From a candidate division FCPU426 bacterium (GTDB lineage Bacteria > Oederibacteriota > Muellerivitia > Muellerivitales > Muellerivitaceae): a stretch of 64,000 nt of DNA. Below the pieces are notes generated by a model. The model was not told where the DNA came from. It was given only the letters and a program-made list of their open reading frames with translations, and did no database searches. Positions 59,247-64,000 of this stretch are shown here, one piece after another; positions within the stretch are counted from its first letter, which is position 1; each line of letters begins with the position of its first letter. Where the stretch lies: contig CAVYSE010000011.1 in NCBI GenBank assembly GCA_963771075.1, forward strand, positions 128,001 through 192,000, given 5' to 3'. A program made the translations under genes and the position numbers.

Positions 59247-59368
59247 TTGGTTTTCATTCCATTCGCAAAACCGGGCGCTTACCGGGCTTTGGAGAACCAT
59301 CCGCCGGCCAAGAATCACCGAAGAGAAAGTAGGGCCGGAGACCGCTTAACCCTTTCAAGGACGCGTTG

Positions 59369-59410
59369 ATTATAAGTTAATGACCCTTTCATGCTATGAC
59401 TCAAGTCATA
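59369..59410 (-). promoter_or_regulatory. Box TATGAC-TCAA-GTCATA plus -10 TATAAT for the CoA-transferase-GNAT operon
   Basis: Box 59396-59409; -10 at 59374-59369 (28.5 bp). Confidence 0.8.
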
Positions 59411-59597
59411 TCATGAAGGGGCGGGGTTAATTTTTTCCCAAAGGACGAAATTATTAACAACACTCATTTCATTATTGGATAATTGTCCGGACAAAAACAA
59501 TTGAACTTGGTGAAATTACCTTAACTTGACTTAGCCAAAGGACAAAATTAACATGCATTATTATTTTCATTTTTTTTAGTTTTTTAAAAGGCCAAGA

Positions 59598-60551
59598 GTG
59601 AACGGATCCAAGCCTTCCCTCGGAATTGTGTATGACGAGCTTTGCCTGAAGCATCTGCAGGATGCTGACCATCCCGAATCCCCTCGCCGGCTTCTCGCTA
59701 TTCAAAACGCTTTGGATCAAGCGGGACTTTTGAAACGAGCCCTGGCGATTCCATGCCGTAGAGCGACCGATGAAGAATTGAACTTGGTCCACCGGGCTGA
59801 ATACATTGAAAAAGTCAAATCGATTTGCAGGAACGCCCCGGCCCAATTGGGTCCGGATGTTTTTATTTCCACCCCCGAAAGCCTGGATGCGGCGCTTCTC
59901 TCGGCGGGCGGCGGGTTTGAGGCGGTCGACGCGATCATGAACCAAAAGGTGACCCGGGTGTTCTGCAATACCCGTCCTCCAGGCCACCATGCCTTGCCCA
60001 ACCAGGCCATGGGATTTTGTGTTTTCAATAATATCGCGCTCTGCGCCCGGTATGCCCAAACAAGGCATAAACTCAATAAAATCCTCATTGTCGATTGGGA
60101 TGTGCATCACGGGAACGGAACGCAGGATATTTTTTACGAGGATCCGGACGTATTTTATTTCAGCAGCCACCGGTTCCCCTTTTATCCCGGGACAGGGGCC
60201 CGTATCGAGACGGGAGAGTGGCCAGGGAAGGGCTCGACCCTGAATGTTCCATTTCCGCCGGAGTCGGGGGACGAGGAATATCTGGGGAGTTATAAAAGAC
60301 TGCTATTGCCTGCGGCCCTTGAATTTAAACCGGACCTGATCCTGATCAGCTGCGGTTTTGACGCCCATGGCCGTGATCCTTTGGGGGGGATGAACCTCAC
60401 CGAAAAAGCATACGCCCACTTGACCGATCTGGTGGTTGGAATCGCTAACCAAACTTGCGGAGGAAAGATCGTTTCCTTCCTCGAGGGCGGTTACGATCTG
60501 GAAGCCCTTGGGTTGTGCGCGGTGGAGCATGTTCGCCAGTTGATGGCGTGA
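59598..60551 (+). CDS. Zn-dependent HDAC-family deacetylase
   Basis: HPESPRRL, RPPGHHA, GFCVFNN, DWDVHHGNGTQ, GFDAH, EGGY. Confidence 0.95.
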   Translation: MNGSKPSLGIVYDELCLKHLQDADHPESPRRLLAIQNALDQAGLLKRALAIPCRRATDEELNLVHRAEYIEKVKSICRNAPAQLGPDVFISTPESLDAALLSAGGGFEAVDAIMNQKVTRVFCNTRPPGHHALPNQAMGFCVFNNIALCARYAQTRHKLNKILIVDWDVHHGNGTQDIFYEDPDVFYFSSHRFPFYPGTGARIETGEWPGKGSTLNVPFPPESGDEEYLGSYKRLLLPAALEFKPDLILISCGFDAHGRDPLGGMNLTEKAYAHLTDLVVGIANQTCGGKIVSFLEGGYDLEALGLCAVEHVRQLMA

Positions 60552-60695
60552 TTCAATTTTTGGTTTTCACTTTGCAGAAATAGAAGCGCCTTTCTCTTTT
60601 CCATGACTGTCTCCTAAATTTCCATTTTAAATGTTTTTGTCCTCCTGTTTATTTACGCTGTGACTTTGAATGATTTATTGTCACAAATGTTTAAC

Positions 60696-60737
60696 ATGAC
60701 AACTGTCATAATAACTTCACCCCGCTGGTCCTAAAAT
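60696..60737 (+). promoter_or_regulatory. Box ATGAC-AACT-GTCAT plus -10 TAAAAT for the porin gene
   Basis: Box 60696-60709; -10 at 60732 (29.5 bp). Confidence 0.8.
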
Positions 60738-60832
60738 CGCTTCTCGTTGATTCTTTTCCCACGACAATCAATTGACCTCCCGGATTTTGTCGGTTCGCGA
60801 GAGCGAAAAAAACTTTCAAGGAGAAAGAAAAT

Positions 60833-62065
60833 ATGAAAAGGTTTTTGTTTTTTTCGATTTTGACTTCCCTGTTTCTGGCGGGATGGGGTACTAAGGTTTT
60901 CGCCCAAGCTACCGAAGTTAAGAATCAGGGAACCCCGGCGGTGACTCCTGAGGCGACGATGGCCGTACCCGCCTCTCCGGTTATAACGGTGGGTGGCTTG
61001 GTGGATGCGTACTATACCTACAACTTCACCAACTCCAGCAAAAACATGAACGGCCACGGAAACGTTGGATACAGCTATGACAACCTTAACGCCGTAGGTT
61101 TGAACAACGTCGACGATGTTTTCTCCCTGGGCGTGGCGGAATTGATCGTGAAGATGAAGCAGGGCGACGTCAGCGGGATCGTGGCGATATGGACACAGAT
61201 GGAAGCGGGCAACTCCGTTATGAACATCTTGGTGGCCAACGCGACCTACTCCCCCGGGCAATTCGCCTTCATGGCCGGCCGTTTCGGTGATTTTATGGGG
61301 AACGAGGCGTTCGATACCAACATGAACTGGAACTACAGCCATTCGCTCATGTACAACGATACCCTGCCCTTGTGGCTTCAGGGTGTTAGCGCCGCCTATA
61401 TGCCTTCCGATTCCTTCAAGGTCACGGCTTACGCGACGGAAGGATGGATCAACGACCCGGGTAATATGAACGATTATGGGAAAACCTACGGGTTGGCGAT
61501 TAACATCAAACCCGATGAGGTTTGGGGCGTGAAGTTGAACGGAATTGCCGGGCCGAACGAAGGGTATTACTCGAGCGTCACGAATCCGGGGGACTCCCTT
61601 TACGTGGGCGAACTCATCCTCAAGTGCACGGCGACCCAAGACTTTTCATGGGCCCTGGATGCCGAGTATGGCGGGTTGGACCCTGTGGCCGAGGATCATT
61701 TGGCCAGCTTGAGCAGTGAGACCTTCTGGGGCGCGGCCCTTTACGGCAGATACAACATCGCGGCGGACTGGAACATTGGACTTCGTCTGGAAGAATTGGA
61801 ATCGAGCAATAGCTGGCTTTATAACGGCATGATTCCTTCGGTCACACCTTATGTGGAAACCCGAGAAGCCACTTTGACGCTATCCAACCAAGTCACGAAA
61901 AACCTGTTGCTCCGCCTGGAAGGCCGTTACGACATGGCCTTGACCGGCGGAACGATGGATGCGGCCGAGACCACCTCTCCCACGGGCGGGGTTTACGTTG
62001 GGCCTTACGCGGGCGGGTCCGGCGATCAATTGACGACCACCGCCAGCGCGGTGTTGAGCTTCTAA
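60833..62065 (+). CDS. Outer-membrane beta-barrel porin (DUF1597/BBP2-like)
   Basis: Signal peptide; GLVDAYYTYN, AGRF..FMGNE, NWNYSHS, LRLEGRYD; C-terminal Phe. Confidence 0.8.
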   Translation: MKRFLFFSILTSLFLAGWGTKVFAQATEVKNQGTPAVTPEATMAVPASPVITVGGLVDAYYTYNFTNSSKNMNGHGNVGYSYDNLNAVGLNNVDDVFSLGVAELIVKMKQGDVSGIVAIWTQMEAGNSVMNILVANATYSPGQFAFMAGRFGDFMGNEAFDTNMNWNYSHSLMYNDTLPLWLQGVSAAYMPSDSFKVTAYATEGWINDPGNMNDYGKTYGLAINIKPDEVWGVKLNGIAGPNEGYYSSVTNPGDSLYVGELILKCTATQDFSWALDAEYGGLDPVAEDHLASLSSETFWGAALYGRYNIAADWNIGLRLEELESSNSWLYNGMIPSVTPYVETREATLTLSNQVTKNLLLRLEGRYDMALTGGTMDAAETTSPTGGVYVGPYAGGSGDQLTTTASAVLSF

Positions 62066-62090
62066 TCGAGCCTTAAGGGAACATTTTTCC

Positions 62091-62148
62091 AAAGGCTGAA
62101 ACCTCTATTTGACGCCGTGTTTTAATTTCTCTGAGGTTTCAGCCTTTT
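62091..62148 (+). terminator. Long hairpin with U-tail between the porin gene and satP
   Basis: AAAGGCTGAAACCTC/GAGGTTTCAGCCTTT 15-bp stem followed by T-runs. Confidence 0.7.
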
Positions 62149-62209
62149 ATTTTTTGACGGTTGATCGGATGGGCTTGTGCGTATTCATCTAATAAAGGAG
62201 GCAGGAACA

Positions 62210-62809
62210 ATGACGACTCAAAGTGAACCCATGAAGCTTGCGGACACTACTGCTAATCCGGCACCCTTGGGCTTGTTGGGCTTCGGGATGACGACCGTGT
62301 TGTTAAACTTCCACAACGCGGGGTTTTATGCTCTGGATTCGATGGTCTTGGCTATGGGCATTTTTTACGGCGGCTTAGCCCAGGTGATCGCAGGGGTCCA
62401 AGAATGGAAAAAGAACAACACCTTCGGCGCCACGGCCTTTACTTCCTACGGGATGTTCTGGCTGACCTTGGTGGCTCTGCTGACCCTGCCCAAGCTGACG
62501 TTCCTGGGTTGGGCTGGCCCGGATGCCAACTCCTTCTCGGTTTACCTGGCTCTCTGGGGTATCTTTACATTGGTTATGTTCGTGGGAACTTTAAAACTCA
62601 ACCGCGCTCTACAGGTTGTTTTCGGATCGCTCGTTATTCTTTTCTTCATGCTTTCCGCCGGCAAGGCAATGGGAAGCGAGGATATCATCCACATCGCCGG
62701 GTATGAGGGTATATTCTGCGGGGCATCGGCGATCTATACCGGGCTGGCCCAGGTCCTCAACGAGGTTTACGGAAAAGTGGTTTGGCCGCTGGGACCCGTG
62801 AAGAAATAG
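62210..62809 (+). CDS. satP: Acetate uptake transporter (SatP/YaaH, GPR1/FUN34 family)
   Basis: ANPAPLGLLGFGMTT, FYGGLAQ, NTFGATAFTSYG; AAGGAGG RBS. Confidence 0.95.
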   Translation: MTTQSEPMKLADTTANPAPLGLLGFGMTTVLLNFHNAGFYALDSMVLAMGIFYGGLAQVIAGVQEWKKNNTFGATAFTSYGMFWLTLVALLTLPKLTFLGWAGPDANSFSVYLALWGIFTLVMFVGTLKLNRALQVVFGSLVILFFMLSAGKAMGSEDIIHIAGYEGIFCGASAIYTGLAQVLNEVYGKVVWPLGPVKK

Positions 62810-62869
62810 TCGGACAAAGTTAAACGGCTATTAGGACTCATTTTAAATTATTTTAGTTTTATGTTTATG

Positions 62870-62897
62870 AAACCCGCCCCAATGGGCGGGTTTTTTG
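62870..62897 (+). terminator. Intrinsic terminator after satP
   Basis: AAACCCGCCC/GGGCGGGTTT plus T-run. Confidence 0.85.
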
Positions 62898-62971
62898 TTA
62901 ATTACCATGAAAAGATTATAGAAATAAGCCAAATTTCTTCTTTTTACTCTTTGGAAATCCTCTTTATTTTC

Positions 62972-62985
62972 ATGACTGAAATCAT
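62972..62985. promoter_or_regulatory. Box ATGAC-TGAA-ATCAT upstream of the Crp/Fnr gene (possible autoregulation)
   Basis: One mismatch to consensus; about 120 bp before the ATG; no -10 at the usual spacing. Confidence 0.6.
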
Positions 62986-63104
62986 AGAAATAACGGGCTC
63001 GATTTTTGTCGTAATCCATTATGTTTCTTCGGCCCTATACCTTGCCCTTTAGTTGGCATGTCGTTACAATTTATAAAAGGAGTTGAAAAGGGGAGGAATG
63101 CGCA

Positions 63105-63803
63105 ATGCTTCATTCACAAACATCGCCCGGCAAACAACCTAACATGGTTGGCCGCTCCTTTATTTCCTCCCTGGAAGTTTTCAAAAAGATCCCATCTTCC
63201 CACCTGCTTGAACTCGAAAAGAAAATGGTTGAGCGCAAGTATGCCAAGGGTGAATCCCTTTTCCTCGAAGGCGACCCGGCAGAATACGTCTGGTTTGTCA
63301 AGGAAGGCCATGTCAAGGCCGTTATCCATACCGCCAATGGGCGGGATTTGACCCTCTGTATGGTGGGGGCGAATAGTCTTTTCGGGACCTGCTGCTGTTT
63401 CGGAGGGGGAGAATATCCCTGTCACAGCGTGGCGGAAACTGAAACCACAGTCGTGGCCCTTCCCATGCAGGAGTTCATCAATCTTTTGGATAAATACCCG
63501 GAAGTTGGTAAGTCCATCGTTTTCCACCTTTCCAAACGCTTACGCCAGGCCAAAGATATGCAGACCTTTGACCAGGAAAGCGTGGAAAAACGGATTCTTC
63601 ACCTTCTCGTGAACCTTGTGGCTGAATTCGGCAACACCATCCCCTTGACCCGGCGTGAGATCGCGGAAATGACTGGAACAACGGTGGAAACTTGTATCCG
63701 AACCTTTTCCAATCTTGAAAAGGAAGGGTTGGTTTCCAGCGCTAGGGGAAAGATTACAGTAAAAAGCGTACAAGATTTGATCGATCGGCAGGAGGAACTT
63801 TAA
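63105..63803 (+). CDS. Crp/Fnr-family transcriptional regulator
   Basis: KGESLFLEGD, FG, VEKRI..LL, LTRREIAEMTGTTVETCIRTFS; GGAGG RBS. Confidence 0.95.
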   Translation: MLHSQTSPGKQPNMVGRSFISSLEVFKKIPSSHLLELEKKMVERKYAKGESLFLEGDPAEYVWFVKEGHVKAVIHTANGRDLTLCMVGANSLFGTCCCFGGGEYPCHSVAETETTVVALPMQEFINLLDKYPEVGKSIVFHLSKRLRQAKDMQTFDQESVEKRILHLLVNLVAEFGNTIPLTRREIAEMTGTTVETCIRTFSNLEKEGLVSSARGKITVKSVQDLIDRQEEL

Positions 63804-63830
63804 AAATATTGTATTGAAGCAATATTCCTT

Positions 63831-63863
63831 AAAAAAAACCGCCCCTGAAGGAGCGGTTTTTTT
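63831..63863. terminator. Bidirectional intrinsic terminator
   Basis: A8-CCGC.CC/GG.GCGG-T run. Confidence 0.8.
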
Positions 63864-63892
63864 GTTTTTGAACGATTTTGAGCTTAGAACAA

Positions 63893-64000
63893 CTACCGAT
63901 TGGAAGTTGCTTTCATCGAATCGGTTTTGCGTGAAAGAATTAGCAAATGGATTTCGTGGTCTCGGGTTCCCTCCAGAATGACCTGAACCGATTCCATTGA
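63893..64000 (-). CDS. C-terminal end of a gene entering from the window edge (possibly USP-like)
   Basis: Open frame SMESVQVILEGTRDHEIHLLILSRK...stop, converging on the terminator; frame not certain. Confidence 0.35.
   Translation of the reverse strand, partial: SMESVQVILEGTRDHEIHLLILSRKTDSMKATSNR

Noticed and set aside
59380..59392. Near-boxes with the wrong spacer (ATGAC-N3-TTCAT here; also 51776 with N3 and 60670 with N5)
   Set aside because: The spacer differs from N4, so they are not counted among the 12 sites.

Overview
Bacterial genomic window of roughly 50-60% GC (by eye). Secreted Thr/Pro-repeat proteins with a shared C-terminal domain suggest a diderm, possibly a candidate lineage such as FCPU426 (inference only). 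The left half (1-31.7 kb) is mixed housekeeping and accessory DNA: mdh start, cysC, aconitase, copZ-copA, a scattered liv ABC transporter, two type II TA modules, a GH3, and an ECF sigma/anti-sigma pair. The right half (31.8-64 kb) is a low-oxygen/NO, iron and acetate region: three hemerythrin-fold proteins, a radical SAM enzyme, an A-family cytochrome c oxidase, VIT1, ZIP, a RegB-like kinase lacking its phospho-His, an acetate module (acs, ADP-forming ligase, CoA-transferase-GNAT, deacetylase, porin, satP) and a Crp/Fnr regulator with a CCC motif. Main result: a palindrome (T)ATGAC-N4-GTCAT(A) occurs at 12 gene-upstream sites in the right half. Eight sit exactly 29.5 bp from a -10 hexamer (class II, -41.5 geometry). 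This defines a candidate Crp/Fnr regulon that includes an unannotated ~115-nt structured sRNA and a small 4-Cys protein. Several single-base frameshifts look like long-read assembly errors. No rRNA, tRNA, CRISPR array or transposase was recognised.
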